DNA from: Candidatus Limiplasma pullicola
GTDB lineage: Bacteria; Bacillota; Clostridia; Christensenellales; Aristaeellaceae
NCBI GenBank assembly: GCA_018710985.1
Contig: DVIV01000005.1
Location: 1,210-65,209, forward strand
DNA length: 64,000 nt
Direction of reading: 5' to 3'
Both the position numbers and the translations under genes were made by a program. This document shows positions 24,604 through 34,554 of the stretch, piece after piece (position 1 is the first letter of the stretch; every line of letters begins with the position of its first letter). Below the pieces are notes generated by a model that was given only the letters and a program-made list of their open reading frames with translations, was not told the origin of the DNA and ran no database searches.

Positions 24604-25518
24604 TCAATTTTCCGCATTTGACTGTTCGCAAGGAAACAGGCGCGTGCTTTCCGCGTCCATAAAGGCGGGCGTAAACGCGCTGTCGGCGGATTCCCGGCTT
24701 TGCAGATATCCCTCCAGCCCCAGCGCCAGCATGAAATCGCACACGCGCGCGTATTCCCTGGCCGTCAGCCGCCGGTCCAGGCCGGGCAAAGCTGTGCCGT
24801 TCATGGGCGTGTACTGCCGCATCAGGCTGACGGGGGTGCCGGCGGGCAGCTCGTTTGCAATGGCCTCCAGAATGCGCATGCTTTCGGAGGTGCGCAGCGG
24901 CAGAATCAGATGACGCACCAGCGTTCCGCTGCGCATCAGACCGTCCGCGTCATACACGGGCGCACCCTTGGCTTGGCACATGGCGCGGATGGCCGCCAGC
25001 GCCACGGGAAAATAGTCCGGCGCGCCGGCCAGCTGCCGCGCGGTTACCGCACTGTAATACTTGAGATCCGGCAGAAACACATCCACCACTTCGGCCGCAG
25101 CCTCGACCAGCTCCACCGTTTCATAGCCGCTGCTGTTCCACACCACGGGGATGGATGGCCTGCGCAGGTGAAGCGCCTCGAAGATGGCCGGGGCAAAATG
25201 CGACGGCGTGACCAGATTGAGGTTATGTACCCCCAAATCCTCCACCCGCGCGAACAGTTCGCTCAGCTCCCGGGCATTCATGGCCCGCCCCAGGCTGTGG
25301 TGGCTGATGGATTCGTTCTGGCAAAACACGCAGCCCAGCGCGCAGCCGCTGAAAAACACCGTGCCGCTGCCACGCGTGCCACTGATGCAGGGCTCCTCCC
25401 ACAGATGCGCCGCCGCGCGGGCCACTACCGGCAGCGTGCCCATGCGGCAATAGCCCTCGCCGCGCTCGGGTGTGCGCACAGCATTGCACCGCCGGGGACA
25501 CAGGTTGCATCGAGTCAT
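24604..25518 (-). CDS. Radical SAM protein, PflX/YjjW-like (pyruvate formate-lyase-activase family)
   Basis: MTRCNLCPRRCNA...GYCRMG...FFSGCALGCVFCQNESIS. ATG 25518 behind AGGAGG. Confidence 0.75.
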   Translation of the reverse strand: MTRCNLCPRRCNAVRTPERGEGYCRMGTLPVVARAAAHLWEEPCISGTRGSGTVFFSGCALGCVFCQNESISHHSLGRAMNARELSELFARVEDLGVHNLNLVTPSHFAPAIFEALHLRRPSIPVVWNSSGYETVELVEAAAEVVDVFLPDLKYYSAVTARQLAGAPDYFPVALAAIRAMCQAKGAPVYDADGLMRSGTLVRHLILPLRTSESMRILEAIANELPAGTPVSLMRQYTPMNGTALPGLDRRLTAREYARVCDFMLALGLEGYLQSRESADSAFTPAFMDAESTRLFPCEQSNAEN

Positions 25519-25641
25519 CCGCCATCCTCCTTTTGCGCAGGGGCGCTGCGAGAAGTGTAGCACAGCGCTGCCCGGCTGTAAAGCGCAAGTGCGTCAAACC
25601 GCGACGTACACACAAGTTTTTCACGACATCCGGCAAAATGC

Positions 25642-25670
25642 TTGTATTTCCAAAAACGTTGTGGTATACT
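25642..25670 (+). promoter_or_regulatory. Sigma-A-type promoter of the rimP-nusA-infB operon
   Basis: TTGTAT, 17 nt, TATACT (with TGG immediately upstream), about 270 nt before the rimP ATG. Confidence 0.5.
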
Positions 25671-25941
25671 GCTTATTGCCTGTTGTTGCAGGCTGTTTCT
25701 GGCAACGTTTCGACCCAGAAGAAAGAAGGGTTTTTCGTAAAGAGTGGGTATCGCTTTCCTTTTCTTTTCATGCGGCGCGCCCGTAAGGGGCGCGGCGGCG
25801 CCGGAGGGCGTACTCCTTCGGGCCGTGCTTTGCGGTTGGCAAAGCGGCATGGGGAAAGGGCATGGGCGATAGCATACCGCTCTTTTTGATTGCTTTTTTG
25901 CAATGGGTATTCTGATCAGAAAACGGATGGGGTAGGAAGGT

Positions 25942-26469
25942 ATGGCAAAGAGCAAGGGCGCGCACGGCGCGGGCCGTTCTGCCGTGGCTGAGGTGGAGCG
26001 CCTCGCGGAGGCTGTGGCCCGGGAAATGGGCCTGGAGCTGGTGGAGGTTACGCTGCAGAAGGAAAGCCGCGGCAAGTGCCTGTGCGTATACGTGGATAAG
26101 GAAGGCGGCCTGTCGCTGGACGACTGCGAACGGTATCACAAGCGCCTCCAGCCCATGCTGGAGGATGTGGATTATGATATCATGGAGGTATCCAGCCCCG
26201 GCGCGGATCGCCCCGTGAAGACCCGGCGCGATTTTGAGAAAAACAAGGGGGCGCTGGTAGAGGTAAGGCTCTTTGCCGCCCGCAACGGCGCGAAGGCGTT
26301 TCGCGGCCTGCTGACCGCTATGGATGATGCCACCGTGACCATCACCGACGCGATGGAGCAGCCGCTGGTGTTTCAGCGGCGGGAGGTGGCGGTGGTCAAG
26401 CCCGTGATCGAGCTGGATGAGGACGACTTTGCCGACGTCGAATGTGACGCCTTGGATGACGAAGAATAG
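25942..26469 (+). CDS. rimP: Ribosome maturation factor RimP
   Basis: Position upstream of nusA. ..LELVEVTLQKESRGKCLCVYVDKEGGLSLDDCE.., ..EVSSPGADRPV... Confidence 0.85.
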   Translation: MAKSKGAHGAGRSAVAEVERLAEAVAREMGLELVEVTLQKESRGKCLCVYVDKEGGLSLDDCERYHKRLQPMLEDVDYDIMEVSSPGADRPVKTRRDFEKNKGALVEVRLFAARNGAKAFRGLLTAMDDATVTITDAMEQPLVFQRREVAVVKPVIELDEDDFADVECDALDDEE

Positions 26470-26486
26470 AGAAAGCAGGGGAAACC

Positions 26487-27740
26487 ATGAGATCGACCAA
26501 AAAGAACCAGCAAAGCGGCGGTCAGGCGGAAATTATCGCGGCAGTCAAGGCATTGGCCAGCGAAAAGGATATCAGCGAGGAGATGCTCTATAACGCCATT
26601 GAGGAAGCCCTCAAGGCGGCTTATAAGAAAAATGTCTCCCGTGACGAAAACGCGCCCACCAACCTGAGCGTCACCCTGGACCGCACCACCGGCGTGGCCC
26701 AGGTGTTTGCCCGTAAAACCATCACCGACGAGGTGGAGGATTCGGCCAATCAGATCTCCCTGGAGGACGCGCTCAAGATCCGCTCCGACTATCGCATGGG
26801 CGACATCGCCGAAATCGACGTGACCCCCTCCGGATTTTTGCGCACTGCGGCCCAGACGGCCAAGCAGGTCATCATGCAGCGCATCCGCGAGGCGGAACAG
26901 GGCAAGATCTATGATGAGTATTCCGAAAAGGAAAACGAGATCCTCACCGCCATCGTCCAGCGCGTGGAGCCCAAGGGCGTCTATGTGGAGCTGGGCCGCA
27001 CCGAAGGCATTTTGCCCGACAGCGAGTGGATGCCCGGCGAGGAATACCACATCGACGACCATATCAAGGTTTATGTGCTGGAGGTCAACCGCACCGGGCG
27101 TGAAATGCTGCGCGGCCCGCAGGTGCGCGTCAGCCGCATCCATCCCGGCCTGGTGAAGCGCCTCTTTGAGATGGAGGTGCCCGAGATCGCCGCGGGCGTG
27201 GTGCAGGTCAAGTCCATCGCCCGCGAGGCGGGCAGCCGCACCAAGATGGCCGTGCACTCCACCGAGGTCACCATCGATCCCGTGGGCGCGTGCGTGGGCC
27301 CGCGCGGCAACCGCGTGGAAAAGGTGGTTGCCGAGCTGAAAAACGAGAAGATCGATATCATCAAGTGGTCGCCCGACCCGGCGGAGTTCATCGCCAACGC
27401 GCTCAATCCCGCGCATGTGCTCAGCGTCTTTGTGGCGGAGAATGAAAAGGCCTGCCGCGTGGTCGTGCCCGATAACCAGCTTAGCCTGGCCATCGGCAAG
27501 GAGGGCCAGAACGCCCGCCTGGCTGCCAAACTCACCGGCTGGCGCATCGACATCAAGAGCCAGAGCCAGGCCGCGCAGATGTTCGACATGGCCATGGACG
27601 AACCCGTGCCCGAGGAGCCCATGGGCTTCCAGGCCTACTACGACGAGCCCGCGCCGCTGGAGGAGGTGCGCCAGTCCGGTCTGCCGGAGCTGCGCGACAT
27701 TCCCCTCGAAACGGACCCCGACGAGGACGACACCCTCTGA
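26487..27740 (+). CDS. nusA: Transcription termination/antitermination factor NusA
   Basis: S1 and KH domains (..RVSRIHPGLVKRLFEMEVPEI.., ..DPVGACVGPRGNRV.., ..LAIGKEGQNARLAAKLTGWRIDI). Confidence 0.95.
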   Translation: MRSTKKNQQSGGQAEIIAAVKALASEKDISEEMLYNAIEEALKAAYKKNVSRDENAPTNLSVTLDRTTGVAQVFARKTITDEVEDSANQISLEDALKIRSDYRMGDIAEIDVTPSGFLRTAAQTAKQVIMQRIREAEQGKIYDEYSEKENEILTAIVQRVEPKGVYVELGRTEGILPDSEWMPGEEYHIDDHIKVYVLEVNRTGREMLRGPQVRVSRIHPGLVKRLFEMEVPEIAAGVVQVKSIAREAGSRTKMAVHSTEVTIDPVGACVGPRGNRVEKVVAELKNEKIDIIKWSPDPAEFIANALNPAHVLSVFVAENEKACRVVVPDNQLSLAIGKEGQNARLAAKLTGWRIDIKSQSQAAQMFDMAMDEPVPEEPMGFQAYYDEPAPLEEVRQSGLPELRDIPLETDPDEDDTL

Positions 27741-27776
27741 TGCCCGGCGCGTCCCATACAGAAGGAGTTGTGAACC

Positions 27777-28073
27777 GTGCCGCCAAAGCCGCGTAAGATT
27801 CCCATGCGCATGTGCGTAGGCTGCCGCGAAATGAAGCCCAAAAAGGAGCTTCTGCGCGTGGTGCGATCGCCCGAAGGGCTGGTCAGCCTGGACCCGACGG
27901 GCAAGAAACCCGGCCGGGGCGCATATTGTTGCTATAACGCGGAATGCCTGCGCCGCGCCCTCAAGCAGGGTCAGCTGGACCGCCAGCTGGAGGTCAGGCT
28001 GGGCGAGGAGGTCAACGCACAGTTGACCCAAACCATGCTTGAGCTGCTGGCAAGCCGGGAGGCGCAGCCATGA
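27777..28073 (+). CDS. ylxR: YlxR/RnpM-family (DUF448) RNA-binding protein
   Basis: RMCVGCREMKPKKELLRVV..GRGAY. GTG start behind GAAGGAG. Confidence 0.85.
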   Translation: MPPKPRKIPMRMCVGCREMKPKKELLRVVRSPEGLVSLDPTGKKPGRGAYCCYNAECLRRALKQGQLDRQLEVRLGEEVNAQLTQTMLELLASREAQP

Positions 28074-28393
28074 ACCATGAGGCGGAAAGCCGGGTAACTT
28101 CCTTTCTGGGCCTGTGCCTGCGTGCCGGACGGCTCACCACCGGGCAGGAGGCCTGCGTGGAGCTGATCCGCAGCGGCGGCGCTGCGCTGGCCCTGGTGGA
28201 TGCGGGCGCGTCCGCCAACACGCTCAAGCGCCTGTCGGACGCATGCCGCAGCCACGATACGCCGCTCTATGCGCTGTCGCCCGGCGCGCTGGGGCACAGC
28301 ATCGGAAAGCCTTCCCGCATGACGGTGGCAGTTGCCCCGGACGGCATGGCGGACAGGCTGCTGGAAATGCTCAGGGACCAACCCCGCCTGTGA
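28070..28393 (+). CDS. ylxQ: L7Ae-family ribosome-associated protein YlxQ
   Basis: [24 protein letters not shown]... Conserved position between ylxR and infB. Confidence 0.8.
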   Translation: MNHEAESRVTSFLGLCLRAGRLTTGQEACVELIRSGGAALALVDAGASANTLKRLSDACRSHDTPLYALSPGALGHSIGKPSRMTVAVAPDGMADRLLEMLRDQPRL

Positions 28394-28472
28394 GGCGGAA
28401 ACGATCGCGCGGCAATGCCTTTGGCCGCCGGTCCAATACATTGCAAGATTATGCGGGGGTGCAAGCGGTACA

Positions 28473-31409
28473 ATGACCAAAGTGAAACTCAAGGATGCCA
28501 CCAAGGAGCTGCTCAAGGGCGCAGAGGATATGCTGGGCAGCGTGTCCACCATGCGCAAAAGCGCGGATGAGCTGGCTCAGGCCGCCCGGAAGCTGGAAAA
28601 CCAGTTTCTCCGTGAGGAGGAGCAGCGCCGTGCGGAGGAGAAGCAGGCCGAGCAGCAGCGCCTGTTGAGCCAGCACGCCAAGGCATATACCATGCCCGAT
28701 ATGGATGAGGCCGAGGAGGCGCCCAAGGTGGAAACAAAAGCGGAAGTCAAGCCCGTCGCACCCAAGGAGGAAGCCAAACCCGCGCCGGTGGAGGAGAAAA
28801 AGCCGGAACCCGTCAAGCCTGCCCCGGCGCCGGCGGCGGTACAGCCTGCCGCCCCTGCCCAGCCTGCCGCGCAACGGGCGCCGCAGCCCGCGCCCAAGCC
28901 GGCTCCGGCGCCCGTTGCCGCCCGTCCGGCCCCGCAGCCCGCACCGCAGGCGGCTCCCGCACCTGCCGCAGCCCGTCCGGCGCCGCAGCCGGCGCCTGCC
29001 GCTGCTGCCCGGCCCGTCGCGCAGCCCGCGCGTCCCGTGCAGGGCGTCCAGCCCGCGCGGCCGGTCCAGCCTGCACGTCCCGTGCAGGGTGGTCAGCCCG
29101 TCCGTCCGGCGCAGCCCGTCCGTCCCGTACAGGGCGGTCAGCCCGGCCCGCGTCCCGCGGCGAACCCGCAGGGTCCGTATGGGCGTCCCGCGAATCCGCA
29201 GGGCCCCTATGGCCGCCCGGCGAACCCGCAGGGCCCGTATGGCCGTCCGGCGAACCCGCAGGGTCCCTATGGCCGTCCCGCAAATCCGCAGGGCCCGTAT
29301 GGCCGTCCCGCGAACCCGCAGGGCCCCTATGGCCGTCCCGCCGGTCAGGGCGGACAGGGCGGTCCGCGCCCCATGGGCGGCGGTTTCGGCAACCGTCCCG
29401 CCGGCCCGCGCCCCCCGATGGGCGGCCGCAAGCCCACGGTGGAAATGACGCCTTCCGTTGAGAAGGAGCGCGTCAGCAACTACGATCCCAACAAGAAAAA
29501 CTACGTGCGTCAGCACGATCCCGAGCGCGTGGCCCGCAACCGCAAGCAGCTCGCGCGCGAGAATTTTAACGGCTTTGACGACGATGTGGTGCGCGGCGGC
29601 CGCCGCGCGCGCGTCAAGAAGCCCAGCGCGCAGCAGCTTATGGCTCCCATCAAGATCGAAAAGGCCTATATGACCGCTGAAACCATCACCGTCAAGGACC
29701 TGACCGAGCGCATCGGCAAGCCCGCGGGCGAGATTCTCAAGAAGCTCCTGCTGCTGGGCGTGATGGCCAACATCAACAGCGAGCTGGACTTCGACACGGC
29801 AAGCCTGGTGTGCAGCGACTTCGGCGTCACGCTGGAGATGAACCTGGCCAAGACCGCCGAGGACGACCTGGCCGAGACCGACTTCGAGGACGCGGAGGAG
29901 GACCTCCAGCCCCGTCCGCCGGTGGTCACCATCATGGGCCACGTCGATCACGGCAAGACCTCGCTCCTGGACTACATCCGCCATTCGCACGTCACCTCTG
30001 GCGAGGCGGGCGGCATCACCCAGCACATCGGCGCCTACACCGTCACGGTGGACGGCCGCGTGATTACCTTCCTGGATACGCCGGGTCACGAGGCGTTCAC
30101 CGCCATGCGTGCCCGCGGCGCACAGGCCACGGATATCGCGATCCTCGTGGTTGCGGCCGATGACGGCGTAATGCCCCAGACCGTGGAGGCCATCAACCAT
30201 GCCAAGGCCGCCGAAGTGCCCATTATCGTGGCCATCAACAAGATGGATAAGCCCGCCGCCAATCCCGAACGCGTCAAGCAGGACCTGACCGCCTATGAGC
30301 TGGTGCCCGAGGAATGGGGCGGCGACACCATCATGGTGCCCGTCAGCGCGCATACCGGCGAGGGCGTCGAATCGCTGCTGGAGATGATCCTGCTGGAGGC
30401 GGACATGCAGCAGCTCCGCGCCAACCCCAACCGCATGGCCAAGGGCGTGATCATCGAGGCCAAGCTGGACAAGTCGCGCGGCCCCGTGGCCACCGTGCTT
30501 CTGCAAAACGGCACTTTGCACGTGGGCGACAACATCGTGGCCGGCATGGCCAGCGGCCGTGTGCGCGCCATGGTCAACGACCGCGGCGAGCGCGTGACCG
30601 AGGCGGGTCCCTCCATGCCCGTGGAGATTTCCGGCTTCACCGACGTGCCCAGCGCGGGCGACGATATGATGGCCGTGGCGGACGATCATCTGGGCCGCCA
30701 GGTGGTGCAGGAGCGCCGCGACAAGCTCAAGGCCGCGCGTGTGGCTGCTTCCAGCAAGGTATCGCTGGATAACCTGTTCAGCCGCATCGACCAGAGCAAG
30801 CTGACCAACCTCAACATCATCATCAAGGCCGACGTGCAGGGCAGCGTGGAAGCCGTCAAGCAGGCGCTTGAAAAGCTGTCCAACGACGAGGTCAAGGTGC
30901 GTGTGCTGCACAGCGCCGTGGGCGCCATCACCAAGGACGACGTCAACCTCGCCTCCGCGTTCGACGCCATCATCATCGGCTTCAACATCCGCCCCGACGC
31001 CTCCGCGCGCGAGGCCGCCGACCGCGAGGGCGTGGATGTGCGCCTCTACCGCGTGATCTATCAGGCCATCGAGGACGTGCAGAAGGCCATGAAGGGCCTG
31101 CTGGAGCCGGAGTACAAGGAAGTCATGCTCGGCCATGCCGAGGTGCGCAGCACCTTCCGCATCACCGGCGCGGGCACCGTGGCCGGCTGCTACGTCAAGG
31201 ACGGCAAGCTCCAGCGCAACGCTGAAGCCCGCCTTATCCGTGACAACGTGGTGGTGTTCGAGGGCAAGCTCTCCAGCCTCAAGCGCTTCAAGGATGACGC
31301 CAAGGAGGTCGCCGAGGGCTACGAGTGCGGCGTGAGCTTCGACAGCTTCAACGACATCAAGGAAGGCGACGTAATCGAATGCTACGTCATGGAGGAGGTC
31401 GAGCGCTGA
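28473..31409 (+). CDS. infB: Translation initiation factor IF-2
   Basis: GTPase ([26 protein letters not shown]) and C-terminal domains. Long P/A/Q-rich N-terminal region. Start set at ATG 28473 (MTKVKLKD), not certain. Confidence 0.95.
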   Translation: MTKVKLKDATKELLKGAEDMLGSVSTMRKSADELAQAARKLENQFLREEEQRRAEEKQAEQQRLLSQHAKAYTMPDMDEAEEAPKVETKAEVKPVAPKEEAKPAPVEEKKPEPVKPAPAPAAVQPAAPAQPAAQRAPQPAPKPAPAPVAARPAPQPAPQAAPAPAAARPAPQPAPAAAARPVAQPARPVQGVQPARPVQPARPVQGGQPVRPAQPVRPVQGGQPGPRPAANPQGPYGRPANPQGPYGRPANPQGPYGRPANPQGPYGRPANPQGPYGRPANPQGPYGRPAGQGGQGGPRPMGGGFGNRPAGPRPPMGGRKPTVEMTPSVEKERVSNYDPNKKNYVRQHDPERVARNRKQLARENFNGFDDDVVRGGRRARVKKPSAQQLMAPIKIEKAYMTAETITVKDLTERIGKPAGEILKKLLLLGVMANINSELDFDTASLVCSDFGVTLEMNLAKTAEDDLAETDFEDAEEDLQPRPPVVTIMGHVDHGKTSLLDYIRHSHVTSGEAGGITQHIGAYTVTVDGRVITFLDTPGHEAFTAMRARGAQATDIAILVVAADDGVMPQTVEAINHAKAAEVPIIVAINKMDKPAANPERVKQDLTAYELVPEEWGGDTIMVPVSAHTGEGVESLLEMILLEADMQQLRANPNRMAKGVIIEAKLDKSRGPVATVLLQNGTLHVGDNIVAGMASGRVRAMVNDRGERVTEAGPSMPVEISGFTDVPSAGDDMMAVADDHLGRQVVQERRDKLKAARVAASSKVSLDNLFSRIDQSKLTNLNIIIKADVQGSVEAVKQALEKLSNDEVKVRVLHSAVGAITKDDVNLASAFDAIIIGFNIRPDASAREAADREGVDVRLYRVIYQAIEDVQKAMKGLLEPEYKEVMLGHAEVRSTFRITGAGTVAGCYVKDGKLQRNAEARLIRDNVVVFEGKLSSLKRFKDDAKEVAEGYECGVSFDSFNDIKEGDVIECYVMEEVER
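29161..29340 (+). repeat. Six tandem 30-bp coding repeats in infB ([10 protein letters not shown])
   Basis: Copies in register every 30 nt from 29161, with synonymous differences. Confidence 0.9.
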
Positions 31410-31460
31410 GCGCGCTCCCTCCCCGCCGCATGACCATACGTTTTTGAAGGAAGCGATCCA

Positions 31461-31841
31461 TTGAGCTATCAACGCATTGACCGCATTTCGGAGCAGGTCC
31501 GCCGCGAGGTGGACCGCATTATCCGTGAGCGCCTGTCCGACCCCCGTATCCGCGGCACTTTCAGCGTGACACGGGCCGAAGTAACGCGCGATCTGCGCTA
31601 TGCCAAGATCTATGTCAGCATTCTGGAGGAGGCCGACCGCGCACCCATGATGGCCGCGCTCAAAAAGGCGGCGGGCTTTGTGCGTCATGAGCTGGGCCAG
31701 AGCATGATTATCCGCTATGCGCCCGAAATCCTCTTTGAGGAGGATCACAACATCGAGTACGGCATCCATATCGCATCTGTGCTCAGACAGGTGAGCCCGG
31801 AGGAAGAAACGAACGATGAATCAAGCGACGGTCAGGAATAA
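31461..31841 (+). CDS. rbfA: Ribosome-binding factor A
   Basis: TTG start behind GAAGGAAG. RISEQVRREVDRIIRE..DPRI..VTRAEVTRDLRYAKIYVS. Confidence 0.9.
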   Translation: MSYQRIDRISEQVRREVDRIIRERLSDPRIRGTFSVTRAEVTRDLRYAKIYVSILEEADRAPMMAALKKAAGFVRHELGQSMIIRYAPEILFEEDHNIEYGIHIASVLRQVSPEEETNDESSDGQE

Positions 31842-32817
31842 CCCCGATCTGCGGCAGCAGGTGCTGTCCGCCGTTCAAGCGGCGGGCAGCGTCTTGCTGT
31901 TTTGTCATGTCTCGCCCGATGGCGATACGCTGGGCAGCGCCCTGGCGCTCCGGCTGCGCCTCATGGCGCTGGGCAAGTCCGTGCGCCTGCTCCTGGATGG
32001 CGAGGTACCCTCCAACCTCGCTTTCTTGCCAGGCATGGACGCCGTGGAGGGACCGGATGTCATGACGGGAGGGGCCGATCTGGCCCTTGCGGTGGATGTG
32101 AGCTGCGAGGAGCGGCTGGGGGCCTGCGCTCCGGCGTTTTTTGCCGCCGCGTGCACCGCCGTGGTGGATCACCATGGCTCAAACCCCGGCTTTGGCCAGA
32201 TCAACTGGATTGACGGCGACGCGCCGGCAACCGCCGTGCTGGTGTACCGGTTGCTGGAGGCGATGAAAGGCCCCATCACCTGCGACGAGGCCATCTGCCT
32301 CTATACGGGCCTGTCCACCGACACGGGCAATTTCATCTATGAGAGCACCAGCGCCGAGAGCTTCCGCATGATGGCTGCGCTCATGGACGCGGGCCTGCCC
32401 CTGGCGGAATATGCCAGACGGCTGTTCCGGGTCAAGGAACTGCCGTTCGTGCGGCTGCTGGGTCAGGCTCTGCCTTCCCTGCGGCTGACCTGCGGGGGAA
32501 AGGTGGCGGGCCTTACGCTGACCGCCGCGCAGATGCGCGAGGCGGGAGCGAAGGCGGGGCATACCGACGGGCTGGTGGACTATGCCATCGATCTGGAGGG
32601 CGTGACGATGGCCTACTTTGCGCGCGAGACCGAGGACGGCCGCGTCAAGGTGAGCCTGCGTGCGCTGGAACCCTGCCGCGTGGATCAGGTGGCGGCCCGG
32701 TTTGGGGGCGGCGGACACCGGCTGGCCAGCGGCCTGACCGTGGATCTGCCCCTTGCGGAAGCGGCGCAGGCTGTGGAAGCCGCGCTGATCGAGGCGTTTG
32801 GGAGCGTGAACGCATGA
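31816..32817 (+). CDS. nrnA: DHH/DHHA1 phosphoesterase (NrnA-like oligoribonuclease/pAp phosphatase)
   Basis: HVSPDGDTLGSALAL, VVDHHGSNP, GGGGHRLASG. Confidence 0.8.
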   Translation: MNQATVRNNPDLRQQVLSAVQAAGSVLLFCHVSPDGDTLGSALALRLRLMALGKSVRLLLDGEVPSNLAFLPGMDAVEGPDVMTGGADLALAVDVSCEERLGACAPAFFAAACTAVVDHHGSNPGFGQINWIDGDAPATAVLVYRLLEAMKGPITCDEAICLYTGLSTDTGNFIYESTSAESFRMMAALMDAGLPLAEYARRLFRVKELPFVRLLGQALPSLRLTCGGKVAGLTLTAAQMREAGAKAGHTDGLVDYAIDLEGVTMAYFARETEDGRVKVSLRALEPCRVDQVAARFGGGGHRLASGLTVDLPLAEAAQAVEAALIEAFGSVNA

Positions 32818-33719
32818 CGCAGCCAAAGCCGCTGTGCGGCTTTCTCAACGTGCTCAAGCCGCCGGGAATGTCCTCTGCGCAGGTGGTGGGTTATGTGCGC
32901 CGCCTGCTGAATGGCGCAAAGGCAGGGCATGCGGGTACGCTGGACCCTGAGGCGGCGGGCATCCTGCCGGTCATGGTGGGCAAGGCCGCCCGCCTGTTTG
33001 ACGATTTGCAGGACAAGGAGAAGGAATATGTGGCCGAGGTCGCCTTCGGCGTAGCCACCGATACGCAGGATGCGCAGGGCGTGCCCGTGGCCCGCGGGGA
33101 CCGTTGGCCGGATGAGTCCGCCATCAGGGCCGCCCTTCCGCGCTTCTTGGGGACGATTCTGCAGACGCCGCCCATGTACAGCGCGCTCAAGCAGGACGGA
33201 CAGCGGCTGTATGACCTGGCGCGCAGAGGCCGCGAGGCGGTCGTGCCCGCCAGGGAGGTGACGGTCCATTCCCTGCGCCTGACGGGCCTTTCGCCCAATC
33301 ACGGGGCGCTTTTGCGCGTCTGCTGCTCCAGAGGCTTTTATGTGCGCACGCTGTGCCACGATTTGGGCGAGGCCCTGGGCTGTCCGGCGCATATGCGCTT
33401 TCTGCTGCGCACGCGCAGCGGCCCCTTCGGGCTGGATACGGCGGTCACACTGGAGGCGCTTGCGGAAAAGGCCGCGCGGGGCACGCTGGCCGAATGCCTG
33501 CTTCCGCCTGAAGCGGGCCTTGGGCATATGCCGATGGCGCAGGTCCCGCCCGATCTGGTCAAGGCCGTGAGAAATGGCGGCCATATACCGTGGAATCGCT
33601 TTGCCGCGCAGGGCATGGACGCGGACAAGCCCTTTGGCCTGCGGCTGGGGGACACGCTGCTGGCCGTGGCGCAGCGGCGGGGCGACGAGGTCAAAGTGAG
33701 AACCTGGCTCGCGGAATGA
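32814..33719 (+). CDS. truB: tRNA pseudouridine(55) synthase
   Basis: GFLNVLKPPGMSSAQVV..KAGHAGTLDPEAAGILPV..PPMYSALK. Confidence 0.95.
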   Translation: MTQPKPLCGFLNVLKPPGMSSAQVVGYVRRLLNGAKAGHAGTLDPEAAGILPVMVGKAARLFDDLQDKEKEYVAEVAFGVATDTQDAQGVPVARGDRWPDESAIRAALPRFLGTILQTPPMYSALKQDGQRLYDLARRGREAVVPAREVTVHSLRLTGLSPNHGALLRVCCSRGFYVRTLCHDLGEALGCPAHMRFLLRTRSGPFGLDTAVTLEALAEKAARGTLAECLLPPEAGLGHMPMAQVPPDLVKAVRNGGHIPWNRFAAQGMDADKPFGLRLGDTLLAVAQRRGDEVKVRTWLAE

Positions 33720-33739
33720 GCCGGTGAGGAGGACGACAG

Positions 33740-34534
33740 ATGCAGATCGTTCTGGACGGCCGGTATGCAGCCGACCGCAGCGTGGTGGCGCTGGGCATGT
33801 TTGACGGCGTACATATCGGTCACCAGGTATTGCTTAAAAAAGGACATGCGCTGGCTGACCGGGCAGGTGTGCCGCTGGTGGCGTGCACCTTTATGGACCA
33901 TCCCCTGCGGCTGATTGCGCCGGACAGGTGCCCGCCGATGCTGACAACCTTTGACGAGCGGGTCCGTCTGATGGAGAATCTGGGCGTGGACGTGCTTTAC
34001 GCCATGCCCTTTGACCGCTCCGTGATGGACATGCCGCCGGAGGACTATGTGGGTCATCTGACGCGCCAGTTCCATCCCACGGACGTGGTATGCGGCTACA
34101 ACCACACCTTTGGCAGAAGGGGCGAGGGAACGCCGGCGCTGCTGGCGGCGCTGGGCGGCGCGCTGGGCTTCGCGGCCGCGGTGGTGCCCAAAATCACGCT
34201 GAACGGGCAGGAGGTCAGTTCGACGGCTATTCGCGGCTGGCTCAGGCAAGGCGACGCGGCGCGCGCGCGTGCGCTGCTGGGACGGCCCTACCTGCGCCAG
34301 GCGGCGGTGGCTGCGCGCCGTGGCGGACGCTGGGAGCTGTTCATGCCGCCCAACGGCAAGCAGGATGTGCCCAGAGGAAGCTACCGGACGCTGTGCTCCG
34401 ACAGCGAGCATACCTGGCCGGTGCTGTTGCACGTGGAGCGCGAGGGACGCGCCCTGTGCAGTCTGCCTGCGGGCACATCCCTGCACGACGAGCTGGACAT
34501 CAGGTTTCTCAAGGGCCTGTCGGTGGAAAACTGA
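33740..34534 (+). CDS. ribF: FAD synthetase (RibF-like) with a short, degenerate riboflavin-kinase region
   Basis: VALGMFDGVHIGHQVLL, ..GYNHTFG.. (FMN adenylyltransferase). After LLGRPY only 86 aa remain, and I find no G-x-P-T-A-N-type motif. Confidence 0.75.
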   Translation: MQIVLDGRYAADRSVVALGMFDGVHIGHQVLLKKGHALADRAGVPLVACTFMDHPLRLIAPDRCPPMLTTFDERVRLMENLGVDVLYAMPFDRSVMDMPPEDYVGHLTRQFHPTDVVCGYNHTFGRRGEGTPALLAALGGALGFAAAVVPKITLNGQEVSSTAIRGWLRQGDAARARALLGRPYLRQAAVAARRGGRWELFMPPNGKQDVPRGSYRTLCSDSEHTWPVLLHVEREGRALCSLPAGTSLHDELDIRFLKGLSVEN

Positions 34535-34554
34535 TTTGGAAAGGAGCGGTCTGC

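Noticed and set aside
28449-31769. 1106-aa ORF antisense to infB/rbfA
   Set aside because: The plus strand encodes unmistakable IF-2 ([17 protein letters not shown]). The antisense product has no motifs and is compositionally biased.
34090-34554. Upstream 155 codons of the 645-aa ORF containing the GT39 gene
   Set aside because: This part overlaps ribF in another frame and is Arg/Ala/Gly-rich. GTG 34555 has an AAAGGAG RBS and immediately precedes the first TM helix.
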